From: Podarcis bocagei
Taxonomy: Eukaryota
Reading direction: 5' to 3' (one strand)
DNA: 64,000 nt
Assembly (NCBI GenBank): GCA_964188305.1
Contig: OZ076896.1
The position numbers and the translations under genes are program-made. Shown here one piece after another: positions 25,509 to 40,202 of the stretch. How positions within the stretch are numbered: the first letter of the stretch is position 1; every line of letters starts with the position of its first letter. The notes under the pieces are model-generated. The model was not told where the DNA came from. It searched no databases and saw only the letters and a program-made list of their open reading frames with translations.

Positions 25509-28500
25509 AGTAAGGAGAAACAAACTGTTTTTGTGTGTGTGTGGAGGAAATCTGTAGACAAATGGACACTCCCAAAGACAGCAACAGAAAAGAAGAAGCT
25601 TATTAAGGACTCAGCATTTTAAAAGTAGAGTAACTCTGTCTTAATTTCTTTCAGAAACTCAGGAATGATTTACTAGCCACATATTCCACGTGGCCTTTTT
25701 ATCTTGTGGAAAAGAAAATGACAAAAGAACAAGTGTGTGTCCCTCCCCCCCCCCCCGCCATGATGGTTTTGACACTTGGTGTGTATCCAAGACAAGTCAC
25801 TGTGGTCAGCCATTTTGTTTCTTGGAAATGTGAAGGTTCATTCAGCGGACCTTCGTTAGCTGTACCTCATACCAGATTATAAAAGGAATGTGTTTTCAGA
25901 GACACAGGTGCTGCTTTTTAGTATTGTTCAGCATTGAATAGTGGAGATTAGAATCGAGCAAAGGAAGTGTGAGGTAGTACAAAACAATACAATTTATGGG
26001 AAAGGAGCAGAAGCATCTTTATAGAACAGAAGAAATCCCAAGGCAGTGGAAAGATAGTATTTGGTTCTAAGGACCTACTTACACAACAAATTAGTTTTGG
26101 ATATCATTCCAATAGCATTCCCTGTGAAAGGATTCCTTTGCAAATATGTTGTGTATTGGGCTAAACAGGACAACTGCTTGTCTGTGTTCCTGGGGATGTT
26201 TGGGTTTAAGAGAATTTCCATTTACATGGCATTTTTGTTTCAAGAAAGCCCCCTCCTCTGTATCATTTTCATGATCTATATATGGATTCTGCAGTGTTCC
26301 TGTCATAGAGATCACTGTAGGATTATGCATTCACTGGTTACATGTCTCCTGTTTTTTAATCTGCTGGGTGTTTCTTGTGTAAAATAAACACAAACCATTT
26401 CCAGAAAAGAGGCAGGCCTGATCTGCACATAACGCGACACTAGGTAAAAGAACCCTGAGGTGGAAGAGTGGTCTTACAACTTCAGAATACAGATGAGTTG
26501 AGAGGAGGTGCCATTTCTGAATACTGTACTCCAAGTTATTTTAAAAAAGCCACACACAAAGGAAGGAACTGAGTGTAGCACTAAGGCGATTGTTCCAAAA
26601 GGGCAAGCATTGTGGCTTGCCAGATTCAACAGTCCCCACTTTCCTCCCCCATGCACTGTTCTGGGGGTTCTCCCACCCCTGTGCCAGTTTCAGGGGATAT
26701 GGGGCACGCAGGAGAAGAAGGAAAGGAAAGCCCTGTTGCACAAGCAGAAGCCCTTATGTAGGGCTTCTGTTGATGTGATTCATTAGTTGAATCCTTCCCA
26801 ATAACTGAGCAAGAGGGGGCAACATGAAAAATTGAGAAAAGTCTAGGCTCCCTTTCAGAGCCATGCTAGGTTTCTGCATAAATATTGTTTTTTACACAGG
26901 GAAGCATTCAGAAATATGATTTCCCTTACCTGCATTCTGAAGTAGGATAGTCCAATCTGTCAGCTCATTCCCATCTCATCCTGCTTTATGTGTAGACTAG
27001 GCCAATAACAGTAAATGAGATCCTTGCCTCAGACAAAGCACCTTTGGCTGATCTCTTTATGTACATAGAGATATGTACACACAAAAATACAAAACAGCTA
27101 GAAGTTCAGAAGTTCTGGCTCCTCTGGTTTTGTCTCCACCAGGTTGCCCTTCTGCTTCCTTAGCCTTTTGGTTCCCACTGCTAAAATGGGAAGAAATGGG
27201 CAAGGCAAGAATATTGATTTGTGTAGATGTATGGGCATAACAGCTGTGCAGATGAGAGAATCTTAGGAACTGAATAACACAGCTTTAAAAAAATAATCAG
27301 GCCATTACTCAGCAGCATGTTCCATTAAAATCTGTGGTACTTACTTCTGAGAAAAATGAGTACAGAGTGAGGATGCAATATATCATCCCTGCTTCAAATT
27401 CTTCAGCTGGAAGCAAACATCCCATGGCCACCTTTGAGACCTGAGTGTAGCCCAAACTATGTAAATATTAAGTATTAGAGTGGTTTTGTACAGTAAAGGC
27501 AACTCCAAACTTTTTTGTTGTATAAAAAGTGACATCTGGCTAACATGTTATTTTTTAGGTATTCTTATCATATTTTTCTATTAAGAAAAAAATGTCTATT
27601 TGAGGTTGTTTTATTTCACCTTGGAAAGTCAAAGTGAGAGCACATTTGAAGAGCTATTTTTCTTTTCTTTTTTAAAAGTGTGAATAATAATGAGCACAGA
27701 TCTTCTTATATGTAAATAAAAGTAGTATATTTGACTTTTGCATATTGGGCCAGTCTGCCCCTTCCCCTTCTTTCTTTCCCCAGTCATGGAATTCTCATTC
27801 AGTGGCAAGATTCCTTTGATGATATAGAACAGAGCTGTGGAAGCTGTGGTCTTCCAGATGTTGCTGAACCAAAGCTTCCACTATTCTTGACCGCTCACCT
27901 TGTTGGTTAGAACTGGTAAGAGTAGGTCTCCAATAACATCTGGAAGGCCAGAGATTCCCCATCCCAATATAGGGGTTGAGAGACTTCATGCTAATAATCC
28001 CAGATTTCTCTAAAAGGAATAATATAACCATCTATTTTATTGGATGGGTACATGAATACGGAGGTTTTAACAACAACAATCCCTCTTACCTACGTTGGTT
28101 TAAAAATACTATTAGATCAGTTTTTATCTTTCTAATGTCAGTCTTCAGAGATCTCTCTATATTGACTCATTTGTCAAGGAATTCCGACATGGTTCCCAAT
28201 AGAACCAGCTAGTGGTTACCAGAGAAGCAGCAAGAGTTCTGGACACTCCTGGTCATTCCCAGCAGCCTCACACCTGTAAGGTGCTACCTCCTGCTTCTAC
28301 CACTGTTTCATGTCTCCTGCTGGCAAGGGTATCTGTGTGTTCTTGTCTGCCATCCAGCAGAAGTGGCTATTCTTTCCTCTTTATGGTGGACCACCTCACT
28401 GGCCCCTGAACATTGTAGATGATTCTGGTGCATGTTTTAGGGTATGCATTCAGCCTCATGCAGACACTGGTGACTCCTATTCGGTCTCACAGCTACCCTA

Positions 28501-31500
28501 CATAAATAGTGGAGTGTGTAACTTAAGAGCTACAACACATCTAACCTTTTCCTGTAGCTGCACATTGCAGGGGAAGATGGAGGTCTAGCTGTATTTCAGG
28601 GAAGCTTGTCAATTTCAGGGAAGCTTGTCAATTTTTGCTTACCTTCTTACAGAGGATGCCCTAATAACTTCCAGGGACATGAGAGTTCCTTGGAACATAG
28701 TTTGAAAACCACTGTCAGGTTTTTTCCAGCAATCTTCTGCTCTTTTCCTAAGTCAGTGCATGCTATTCCCCCCCCCCAATTCCTTGAGCATTCCAGCTGG
28801 TTCTCCAGTGCTAATACTATTCTTAGGTTTCAGACTTTTCAAGGGAATAATAAAATTAAAACACTACCAAAGCATTCTTCACTAAAATGAATCATACATG
28901 CATAAAGCACACACAATAAATAGGCCAATAGGTATGCTTAATTTCAATTGCTTTGTCCAGTTTAAAATCAAGCAGCACATAACTGCAGTGGATTGTTGCC
29001 AAAATCTACAAAGAGTACACAGAAGGATGTGCTGGAATTTAATTTAAAGACTGTAACTGTACAAGAATCTAAGTACTAACACTGAGCCAACTGAAAGAAA
29101 GACAGTAAAGAAGGTTGGATGCACATTTTATTGAACCAGCAGCTGTTGGTGGGTGTGTCATGTTTTCCAATGCAATACAGCCCTTTAGGATATTCAAACT
29201 TTCATGTTGGCCAACAAGTTGAACCAGTGAAAAGAATTGGCTTATCAATTTCCTCTTTTCTATTTTTGTGTTAGTAGAAAATTGGCATAAGCATCATCCA
29301 AAGAACCACATTACTCCTACATTAGTGAACTGACAGACATACTGTTTCCAAATAAGACTGTTTTGGAACATTATTGCCTCCAAAGACTAATTTTTGCTAG
29401 GCTAGAATGAAGGGGTTAAAGGAAGAATCTCTGAATTTAGCTCTAAAGAACAAGGCTACAGTAATTCTGAAGCAGCTTAGTTTTACACAAAGATTCATTG
29501 CATTTGATCTTGAAAACAAACTCAAAATGAGGTTTTCTGAAATGAACTGCTGTATAGATACCTTGTTTTATCAATACAAAACTGTTTCTTCCTAAACACT
29601 TTCTTTCTGGTGCACACAAACACTTATAGCATGTAAAGAATTTTTGAAAGGTGCTCCTTTAAACTTTTACACTGTAAAATTTACAGTAACTACTAATATT
29701 CACATAAGTCAAAGGCTAAAATATTCTGGTGACTTTTGATACTTTTGAGATTCATATACTAAGCTACAGTATATGAATCTTTTATTATGGGGATTTACTA
29801 TGTGATGTAATAGATGGTTTATAGAGTAACAACAACACTTGCTTAGTGTTTCCAGAGCGTACATCTCCTAAAAGATTACTGAGCAAGCAAAGTAAATGTA
29901 TCTAGTAGGGAATTTCTAAGGAGAAAATTAAAAAAATCTAAGCTGGAATACACAAAGACATAGAATCATTCCAAATCATGGAGAGTATCATTAACTCATA
30001 TATTCTTATGTCTTACTACTTCCTTTAGTGAATACGTCATAAAGACAGCAGATTTTAAAAGTTTATTTTATATCATTCAGAATAGGATGCAACTTGTATA
30101 TGCTAGACTATTAGTTTTATTTTCTGAATTACTTGTTCTGCTGAACAATGAAGTTCTCAAATTACTTACAGAAACCAATGGATGGTATTATAGAAGAAGT
30201 TATTAGGGGCTACAGGGTGTTATAACATTTCCTTTCCATATCTGTGATAATGTTGTGCCAACAGTTTATAATGGTTTATAAGATAGTAAGCATGACCATA
30301 ATAATTTTACTTTTAATTTTTAGTATTGTACACTGCTTTGTGTGTCATTTCTGGCATGACTGCAGTTCCTAAACAAATAAGAAAATGACATTTTTCCTTT
30401 GCTATTAAATGCTTAGGGAGATGGACACTGATAGCTGGAATTAGAATTTTGTTTCTGACTTCAACAGGAGGAGTGTCAGACTAAACATTCCAATTTCAGT
30501 GGCATTCCAAGAGCCATGGCTCGCAGTGGTCTCAGTTAAGAGAAGCCAAGTTCATAAGCTCACATGATTCACATTTGTACCTCTGGACTTTCTGCTTTGA
30601 TTTCCATGGATCAAACCACTACATTCCTTTTGTCTACTTCTCCAAATATGAAAAGAGATTTGAAAAGCCAAACAGGAGCTACAGCCACCAAAGAAAACAA
30701 AGAAGAAAATCCAAGTGCATAATCTGATGTTTACACACACTATTTTCTTTCACAGGTGTGTCACCAATGTGTGCAAAAGGTGTGTGCTCCAAGTCAGATG
30801 GGGTGTAGGATTTGGAGTAATTATGTTAGCAGAGTTCTCATGAGCAACACGCAGAATCAAACTTTGGGGACCCAGAAAATTCACCACAAAAGGAGAAGGG
30901 TGTTTTTTACATGGTCAAACTTCCTCTCCTGCCCAGAGCAAAATCCAAGAGCGAATAGACTTCCAAGCTCCCGCTGCCCATATCTATTGCAACCCCTGCA
31001 CATCCTCCAAAATTATCCCCATCCCCAAAATGCAGTAACCCCTTTCACCTTAATCTTCGGAAGTTGCATGGCCCCTTCAAAGAACAACACTTTCCATAGT
31101 CCATCACATGCTATACCATCAACCTTTTTACCTCTCTTGCTTGTTGCTGCTGCTATTCCTTCTCTGCCAGAAACAATTAGGGGTGCGAGGGATGTGTTTG
31201 AGGAATTGGAGTGACATTTTTCTGATCTCTTGGTTTGATTCAGGAAATTGTTATCGGGGTTTCCCTTTGCTTTCCAGGAAACCTTGGAAAATTCCAGAGC
31301 TAAACAGAGATAGTCTCAGAGAGCTTGTCAATCTCTAATTGGGAGCAGCTTGACATAATGTGCCTTCCTCATAAGTTGACAGGCATACAAATCCTTGCCA
31401 TGTTTTAATCGTACTTGTGGGAGTGCTTTTGTGAATGAGAATTGCAGCCCTCAGAATGTATTTTAAAAGCACTGCATTTTTTCATCATACCACCTTAACT

Positions 31501-32240
31501 GCAAGACCTAACGAAACACAAAAGAAAAGCATAATCTTATATGGCTACTATTCACACTGTGTATAGGTAGGCCATCACGGACCGTACTGAACAACTGCTC
31601 TTGGAATAGATCTCTGTTTGGATTTTAGAATCTCTTTCAAAACAGCTGCTCAGAGGTTAAGTTTGAAGCATATCTACTAACAATACTGGCTTAAAATTTT
31701 TGTTTTGTAAAATCATTTGTGAGATATTAACAGACCTTACTGTCCATTTGAGCAGAAAACTAAGCTAAATTTTTGTCATAGGATAGATTTGGTTTCCTTC
31801 TGCAAAGTATGTGCAAAACTAAAAAGACTCAGGATAGAGATTGTGGAGGTTTAACTTTGTCTCTGCCTCCCCTTTTATTGTGAGCAATGTTATGATTGTA
31901 GAAAAAATAAACTGGATAATCTAGAAGTGTAATATTGGTTTGGGTAAAAATGAATGGAAAGCTGCACAGTATATTGTACTGATGTAAGTAGAACTATTTG
32001 CATATGATGTGATTTTATTTATTGCATTTCTGTAGAGACAGAATTCATGACTGTGGATACACGTAACCTCTGTGTGATGTATTTTTATTTCTTTTACAAG
32101 TTTCTCATTCAAAATATTGGTGTCTATTGACTATTAAGTGTGTACATTTTCTTGTAAACGTTTCAAGTAGTACAGATTGTCATATTCCCACATTATAACA
32201 AAAGGCTTCCATTAAAGATATGAACCTATACATTCACCTA
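25509..32240 (+). other. NPR3: Putative long NPR3 3' UTR with several candidate polyA signals
   Basis: Follows the stop codon and is relatively TE-poor, with AU-rich blocks. AATAAA at 27715-27720, 28915-28920 and 31906-31911; ATTAAA at 32211-32216. The true 3' end cannot be fixed from sequence. Confidence 0.45.
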
Positions 32241-32714
32241 ACAGCGTGTTCTCGTGATATGTTAAGATAATCCTTGCTATACAACATGCAATTGGTACAA
32301 TAGGAAAACTTATTTTAAATGGCCGGGGGAGATCTTTCAGACAGCCACTTTTCTACCACCACCCAAGAAATCCACACCCATTCAAATATGCTGACTTTTA
32401 TACAATGGTTGGATAACTTGCCCCCCAGATATTGCTGGAATCCAAGTCAGGGTGAAGGGTCACACTGGTTATCCCTGTTTTATACTACACTGGTTGGTAT
32501 TAGTGGAATGGATTATTCATAATTATAAACATTTTATAACAAGAAAAATGGGTAGATAAATCTTGGGTGTCCAGAGCACTGTCTAGTCATGTTGTGTTGG
32601 ATGAGTTTCAGTTAGTAAGGCTTGGATCAGTCAGGGTGACCACTTGTGCTCTGGACATTTGTCCCTCTTGGCTGATAAAAAGCAGCAGGGAAGGGACAGC
32701 TAGCTGAGCCAGGG

Positions 32715-33015
32715 AGTTGATTAATGCCTCTTTACGTGAGGAGGTGGTCATTGCCTGCCTGAAGGAGGCAGTGGCAAAACCACTCCTCAAGAAACCCTGG
32801 ATTTGGAAAATCTAACTAGCTACCATTCAGTTGCTCACCTCCCTTTCCTGGGGAAGGTTCTAGAGTGGGTAGTTGTCAATCAGATCCAGGCGCTCTTGGA
32901 GGAAATAGATTAACTAGATCCCTTTCAATTGGGGTTTAGGCCCAGTTTTGGCACAGAAACTTCTTGGGTCACCCTGTATGATGACCTCTGTTGAGAGAGA
33001 GAGATGGGGGAAATG
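32715..33015 (+). mobile_element. Degraded L2-type LINE fragment (RT region)
   Basis: Residual INASL..LKEAV..PLLKKP and LDPFQ.GFRP.FGTET coding motifs, with stops and frameshifts. Confidence 0.65.
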
Positions 33016-34169
33016 TCCCCACTGTAGAAGGATGTGTGGATCCAGAATTGGCCTCTACAGTCACTTATAGACACACCATTAAGACCGTGTTAATGAAAGA
33101 CAATCTTACTCGGCAATGAGTGATCGCCGAAGGAAGCAACAAGTATCTCCAGTAATGACTGTCTGTATCAGGGATTAACAGCTATCAGCTTTTGTGCAGT
33201 CAAGTATGGGGCAAGGCAAAGGCAGAGAAGAAGAAAGGCAAATGCAAGCTTGCAAGAGCAGATTGCTTTGTATAGACTGCTGGACAACCTTGATATAGAA
33301 CTTCAGTGTCAGTGAATATTAATTGCCTAATCTAACCTGTCAGCTGAAGGAGGTTGGCTAGGGGAGATCGTATCCACACTAATCTTCTTAATTTATCTGT
33401 AGTCTTATGTTGTAATGGCCACTGTTACACAGATTTATGGGAGTGAAGAGGTCCATCAATGTCTAATATGAAGCAATATGTTTCTGAAAATTTGTCAATG
33501 AGGTGGGGGTGGGGGGGAGCAACAAGAAGTATGGGCTACTGCTCTGCTTGCAGATTTCTCAAAAACATCTGGCTGGTCTGTTATTCATTCTGAAGATTGA
33601 TATTCTGCATTCCAGTCAAATGATTCTGAAGGTAGCTTGGAAACATATAAAAAACCCCACTCTCACTGATGCACACATACAACCCAGCAGTCTTTTGGCT
33701 GAGGGATGGGACCAGAGCATACTTCCCTTAAGGGGCATGTGTCCAAATTTTGACAAATATGTGCCCTTTGGGGGTGGTGGCGATGCATTTTCCCTTTTCC
33801 AAGCCAACAGCCATCCTTGGCGCAACCTTCCAGTGGCTCTTGCTCTCCTCTCTGATGGCAGACACCAGAGTATGCTTCCCTTCTAAACTCCAGAGGTTTA
33901 GACTCTAGCTGAACCTTTACTCTGATTTGACAGGAAGGATGCTTTGTACATTCCTTTAACCTAAGCTTGGAGATGCTGAAGATGTTAACTCCCTGCCTGA
34001 TATCTCTCAGGTAGGTACTTGAATCCCAACACTAGCGGTCAGCCTCTCAGCTGCTTCTGTTTGCCCCCAGCAGCTCAGCTGCTTCCTTAGAACTTGTGCA
34101 GGAATTTATTTATACTGTATACTAGCTTTTGATGGCAAAGATGAGAACAAATTCCTAGCTTTCAGGGTC

Positions 34170-34947
34170 ATGCAGAAAACCTTAAAACTAAGTCTTCTGA
34201 ACTATATACCTATTGTATGGAAGTTAACAATGAAGATTGATTCTACGTACTCCAATGGTAGCCAAAAGACTGATATTGATAACTGGAAGAATAAAGATAT
34301 AATCCCCTTTAATAAATGGATCACTAATATGATAACACTCACAACTTATGAATGGACTGCTTACAGACGTAGACTTGGCTTGGAAAAATATGACAATATT
34401 TGGAATGAGTTCATACAAAAGGTAAAGGTAAAGGGGCCCCTGACGATTAGATCCAGTCGCAGACGACTCTGGGGTTGCGGCGCTCAACTCACTCTACTGG
34501 CCAAGGGAGCCGGAATACAGCTTCTGAGTCATGTGGCCAGCATGACTAAGCTGCTACTGGCGAACCAGAGCAGTGCACGGAAACGCCGTTTACCTTCCCG
34601 CACTTTGACGTGCTTTCGAACTGCTAGGTGGGCAGGGGCTGAGACCGAACAATGGGAGCTCATCCCTTCACAGGGATTCGAACCGCCAACCTTCTGATCA
34701 GCAAGCCCTAGGCTCTGTGGTTTAACCCACAGCGCCACCCGCGTCCCATACGAAAGGTAGTAGGCTATTAATATTTACATATGTATTAGGATAATAATAT
34801 ATATGAGTTAGGATTTTTTGGTATATATTCATATATATTTTTCTACAAATTTTTGTGCCTTTTTGTTTTTCTTCTCTTCTTCTCTTTTTATCACTTTATT
34901 TATTTAAGTTGAAATCTTTTCAATAACATATTATTACCAAAAAAAAC
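34170..34947 (+). mobile_element. L1-like LINE 3' end (interrupted by a Sauria SINE)
   Basis: Residual ORF2 C-terminus W..KWITNMITLTTYE...KYDNIWNEFI, T-rich 3' UTR and A-tail at ~34939-34946. Confidence 0.55.
34425..34747 (-). mobile_element. Full-length Sauria SINE
   Basis: Head gggacgcgggtggcgctgtgggttaaacc on the minus strand, (ACCTTT)n tail, 12-bp TSD atacaaaaggta / atacgaaaggta. Confidence 0.93.
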
Positions 34948-35503
34948 GAAGATTGCAAAAATTTAGTAAATTAATTGATCATATTGAAACATTTTAAAAT
35001 GCTTGATTGGTTAATATCTTCATTCCTGCAGAGTGCAGACAGAAAAAACCCTCTTCCAGAAAACAGGGCAGCAAGCCAAATATAAATCAAACTGATGATC
35101 CTTAGGCAGAGGTGGATTCTTTCAACAGTCAGTAAATAGCCCACTGTGTTAAAAATGCCAATTCACTTTGGAAACGTATTTTAGATTCAAGCTATGGTGC
35201 AGCGACTCAGAAATTTCTTCCCAGAAAGCCTGCCATTCCTTAAATGTTTATAGGTAGGTAGGTATGTCACCACGCAAGAATAAATATCTTAAAGGCTTCA
35301 TTAATAATCCTCTCTGCAGTCAGAGACTGAGAACTGAAAGACATTTAGAAGCATGGGCACCTCCAGGGCAGGGCTGAGACAGATAGAAACACTGAAATAC
35401 TTTGCCTATATCAGAGAATTACTTTTTTTAAAAAAAATTCCTCATTATTGTGCCCCAGTGCTGTCAAGAAAGCAAAACCTTTCCAACAAACGAAAACAGC
35501 AAA

Positions 35504-35504
<1 letters not shown>

Positions 35505-35582
<78 letters not shown>
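35505..35582. repeat. Compound (TG)n(AG)n microsatellite
   Basis: Directly visible; source of the CVCV/ERER ORFs. Confidence 0.95.
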
Positions 35583-37478
35583 CTGCTTGTGTTCAGTATG
35601 CAAAAAACACCATTAGAGTATTCACCATTTGAGCCTCTAGTTTTACTTTCAATAGTTAGAGCTAGAGGTCTGAGAAGAATCTGGCTGCCCTGCCCATCCA
35701 CTAATATATGGCTAGAAAAAATAAAAGGGAGTCTAGACTATGTCCATCTTAGAACAGGCTTTAGCAGAATTGGCATCAACAATAGAATCCTATGATCCCA
35801 GAGGGAAGAAGACAGCTGTATACATACAAACACTCACATTGTTGTCAGTTTTTCTTTTTATTATTCATTGAATTGTAATTCCTACACTAATTTTAAAAAC
35901 AAACTGCAAGCTGTGTTGCTAAAAGAAGGTGTTTCAGAATGTCAATAGCACTTACCCATTTACTGTACAATCACCTCTAGTTGGCTCCTCTACAGGGTAG
36001 CCCAAACATTTGGTTGCATCACACATATGGGGAAGAGTTATTTATGCAGGGATTTATTATTCTGATTATCTTCTCCAATGGTCCAAGCTGCATTTCTGCA
36101 GCCCGATCCATCAGGACATTGATCCTAAAGACATACAGAGAAAGGGTGGGAGGAGACGTGCTTCTTACTGAATAGCTTTCGTCACAGAAGCAAGCTTTAT
36201 AGCCCAGCATCACTCACTATGGAAAAGAAACAAATTGACTAACAGTAAAGTGCTAATTAAAGTCCACAGGCTTGCTAACTACTCCATTCTGCTCACAGAG
36301 CAATCAGAAAATGATGGGGTAGGGGTAATATCTCTTTTAAAATTCCTCCAAAAATCCACAAGTAAGAAAAAGAAATAAAACCTTTGGTCAAACACAACAA
36401 TATACAGCCCAACCAATCCCTATGATGAAAAATGCTATCCTTAGTTGATATATGTTAGCAATAATATTGCTTAATGAATTACTGGAAGGCGGTAAAGTAA
36501 AAACAGCAACAGTAGACTCAGATCTCAAATTATCTGAATAGAAATGATGAATAACAAACAGGAAAGAAGAAAAATACCTTTGGGGTTTCTTCTATTTAGT
36601 TAAAGCAGAGAAAGGATTTAAGCTATTGAGGAGAGAGGAGTTGAAACGGGAAAACCTCATCCTTCAGGAGGTTTAATTAATTTTCAGTTAGTTACCTAGC
36701 AGTTGTACTTTGGACTAACAGGGACCCATTGAAGAGAGCACTGTCTTGCTTGTGGTGGCGGTGGCTCTAAGTCAGTTTCCAGGAAAAATTAAAAGTGCTG
36801 AAGCTCTTCTTTAAAACCTTAAATGACATTGGACCAGAGTATCAAATATCATGCTCATCTTCAATAGGGCTGTTGCAGTAGGGTTCTTCAAAACAAGCAT
36901 CCTTGTTTGATTATTTATGAGTAGGTCTAGGTTGAACAGGGCCCTGCTCGCAGCATGCTGTGAAGACAGCAAGTACAACCCATTGAACTACACCTCAACT
37001 GTTCAGCTGCCTTCTCTGCCACTGCTTCCCCAAACCACCCAAAACACCCAAGCTTAACTGGAGCAAGAAGCCAAGGTAGCAGTGGCAGGTGATTCAGCTC
37101 CACTACAGTGACCACTTCTAGCCTCAGAAGGCCTTGTCCTCTGCAGAAAATGATGCAAACCATGTTCCTATCAGGAATGCTGGAAGCTGTGTCCCCAGCC
37201 TGTTTCTTGTTGAAAAGGGTAATCTGCCAAAGAATTGGGACACTCACCACTACCTTTGCTGCTGTCCCCTCTCCCCTTCTCCTGGTAAGTTTGGTGGGTC
37301 CTGGGGTGCAAGGGAAATGGAAGGCAGCTGTGGGCACTTGAAGCACACAGAAAACATCTATCATTTGCACAATTGCATGTGCAAAGGACTGAATATAAGC
37401 ATGTTTGTGCCACCCTGATCTACAGACACCAACCCATCAAGTCCCTCCCTAAACAGCTCAATAGTGGCAGCCCATATA

Positions 37479-37787
37479 CAGACACTCTAAGTGTCCCTAT
37501 TTTCCAAGGACAGTCCTGGATTTACAGAAGCCGTCCTGGTTTCTGATTTGATTCTGGTATGTCCCGCTTTTCCTTGGGATGTCCCTATTTTCACTGGAGA
37601 AATATTGGAGGGTATGGAGTTATGAGTCAAGGAGATAAGTAACTATACAACCTTTAGAAGACATCTGAAGACAGCCCTGTATAGGGAAGTTTTTTTAGTG
37701 CTTAATATTTTATAATGCTTTTATATATGTTGGAAGCTGCTCAGAGTGACTGGGGCAACCCAGTCATATTTTTGGGGTATAAATAAT

Positions 37788-37827
<40 letters not shown>

Positions 37828-37874
37828 GGGAATAGGACATCCCTATTTTCATTGGAAAAATGTTGGAGGGTATG
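37479..37874. mobile_element. Non-autonomous DNA element with internal repeat and (CAT)n tract
   Basis: Degenerate TIR cagacactctaa / ttggagggtatg; two copies of ccctattttca.tgga.aaat.ttggagggtatg; (CAT)n at 37791-37827. Confidence 0.6.
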
Positions 37875-40202
37875 CATATTCCCTCCAAATGGAAGCCTAT
37901 CTGGTGTTGTTTTTTCAACACACAAGTGAAGACTTGTTCACTTTCCAGCTTTTTACAGTTCTTTAGTTTTTAATATTGTAGACAACTCTAGACGTATGGC
38001 ATGTTTTGGTTCTTCAGCTGTTGCTATTCTTGTATTGTAATATCTCTCTGTTTTATGAGTATGACTGCTGTCCTGAGATGTTTGGTTTCTTTAGAAAAAA
38101 AACCTAAAGGGCTGCTTGTAAATATTTTTAATTAATTAATTAATAAAACATTTGGACATGTACAAAAATGCTGTTAACACTGGAGTTTAAAAACCAGATA
38201 CATGGGGGAAGGGTTGATATCAGAGGCTTCTTTGTTGCGGAAAGATGTCAGTTCAACTGCTCTTTACACTGTACAGATCTGTGTACCTAAGGCAGGTTTA
38301 TAGTGAAAAATCCATCCCTCTGGGGACTTAGAGCAACTTGTAAATCTATGCAAAAAAAATTCAGTAAGGCGCCATGTCCTTCATTTACTTTCTTTCATTT
38401 GTAGGATTCTTTCTAATACAGTCTATAAATGACTTTTTGCTAAATAGAAATATCCTTTTCATACTTTGCGTCATTATGATCTTGAAGTTTTCATACCCAA
38501 GGATTTCAGCTTAACTCCCTTGTTAGATTAGAAAAGGTCTCTAGGCATCTGTGTGAAATTCATGAATTCATGAAAATTGCACCAAAAGAAAACAGCACAC
38601 ATTTCTTCAGGCTGGTCTAACCTTGCCCTTTTGTTTTGATTTAGACATCAATATTCATTTGGGGGGGGGATAGATTTATAGCCCAATAGAATGGCCATAT
38701 AGAAATTGCAGTTGATTGACAGCATTTGGAACCTAATTTATCCTGGTAATATTTTCATACAAGGAGATGAAATAAAAATAATGTGCTGCATAAGCCCCCA
38801 ATACCACAAACCTCTATGTGGCAAGGCTACCTTATCAATATGTGACTCTTCTAAAAAGTCCCTTCACATAAATGATGTGTGCAAAAGTGTACTGAACCTT
38901 CTGTTTATATTATTCTAACTGCAATAATGTGCTTCACCTAGTTCTTTATTTCTTGATCGTCTGTCTTGTTTGTATGCTGTTTTTTTTTTTGAAAGGAATA
39001 GAGCTGAGTAACAAAAGTTGTATTAAAAAATTGAAACAGAAGGTGCCTACTCAATTGCTATTGGCAAAGCATTCCACAATATTGGGCTGATGACATGAAA
39101 GGCTTTGTTTCTTGTCGTTATCGACTTGTCAGCATGGGGAACAACCAACAACACAATATTATTGTGCATAATGGATAGCAAGATCACACAGCTTTATTTG
39201 TATCTGTATCTTGAATTTTGTTTGAACTGAACTTTCTAACATCTGAGTTCATCTGGCATCAGGGGTGGGAAAAGTGGGTATGGTTTGGCTAAAACAACTT
39301 GGTAGGCCAAACTCAGAGGCCTCCAGACTGCAAGTTCTCCATTACTAGAGCAAACAGTAGATTGCTTTAATCATAAATATACATGCAAAAGGTCAAGCTG
39401 GAAACTTTTCCTCACCATTGATAAAGCTTCACCCATTTAATTTCTGCATATCAAGCTGCTGTTAAAAGATAAGTAGGCAAAAATGGGAGATGAGTGATGG
39501 CTACACCTACCACGGGCTCCATCAGCTGACCCCAACTCTCTTCCTCAAAAGGCCCAACAGTCTCCAGCTACCACTGAGCAAATTTTACCTTACGAATGTA
39601 AAGGGTACACATGGCAAAATACAATGCTGAGCAACTTTTATGCCACACAGAAGGCAAAGGATATTCAGGCCAAAGCCTTGCAAGCGACATGTTCCAATTC
39701 AAACAAAATGTTTCAAGCACACACAAGTCTCATGTAAGCTAAAAAAGAAAAGAAAAAAAGACTTTAGGAATGTTTTTAAAGCATGCAGCTAAACCAATCA
39801 CAGAGACTTAAACCTTAGACCCATATAATTCTATTGCAGTAAAAAATGACTCGATTCCAAGTAAACATGTAAAGGAATGTTGAACAGCATGAAGGCTAGG
39901 AGAGATATGAACTCTCTAAAAATTAAACCACAAAGGCCAAACAAGCAAAGCAGTGATGTAGTGCTACTGCTGAGAACTCAGTCTGTTTCCCTCTTTAGGT
40001 TTTCTGCAGCTGTCCTGGATACAGATTTCTTTTGTTGCCAGTGGGAATTTCTTGTTGAACAATACGTTTTGACAAGCAGTGTTTAGGGACTCTGCTTTGG
40101 TTAATTTGTCTGCCCCCTCAAAAAAACCAGCAGCTTCATTTTACCAACCAACTAATCAACGTGATGAGAACCTGAACTATTTGAAAATGAACCTACCACT
40201 AA

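Noticed and set aside
28593-28630. Short tandem duplications (19 bp x2 here; also ~3100-3127 and ~49178-49214)
   Set aside because: Ordinary slippage duplications with no further structure.
30756-31214. 152-aa ORF, plus 147-aa (36927-37370) and 150-aa (61999-62451) ORFs
   Set aside because: No recognisable domain and no splice or codon support; consistent with chance ORFs.
33023-33430. Possible LTR-like insert after the L2 fragment
   Set aside because: Could not identify matching termini or a TSD.
34170-34697. 175-aa ORF
   Set aside because: Chance fusion of an L1 remnant with an antisense Sauria SINE.
35353-35795. ORFs with CVCV/ERER/HTHT runs (also poly-M at 37721-37921)
   Set aside because: Microsatellite translations.
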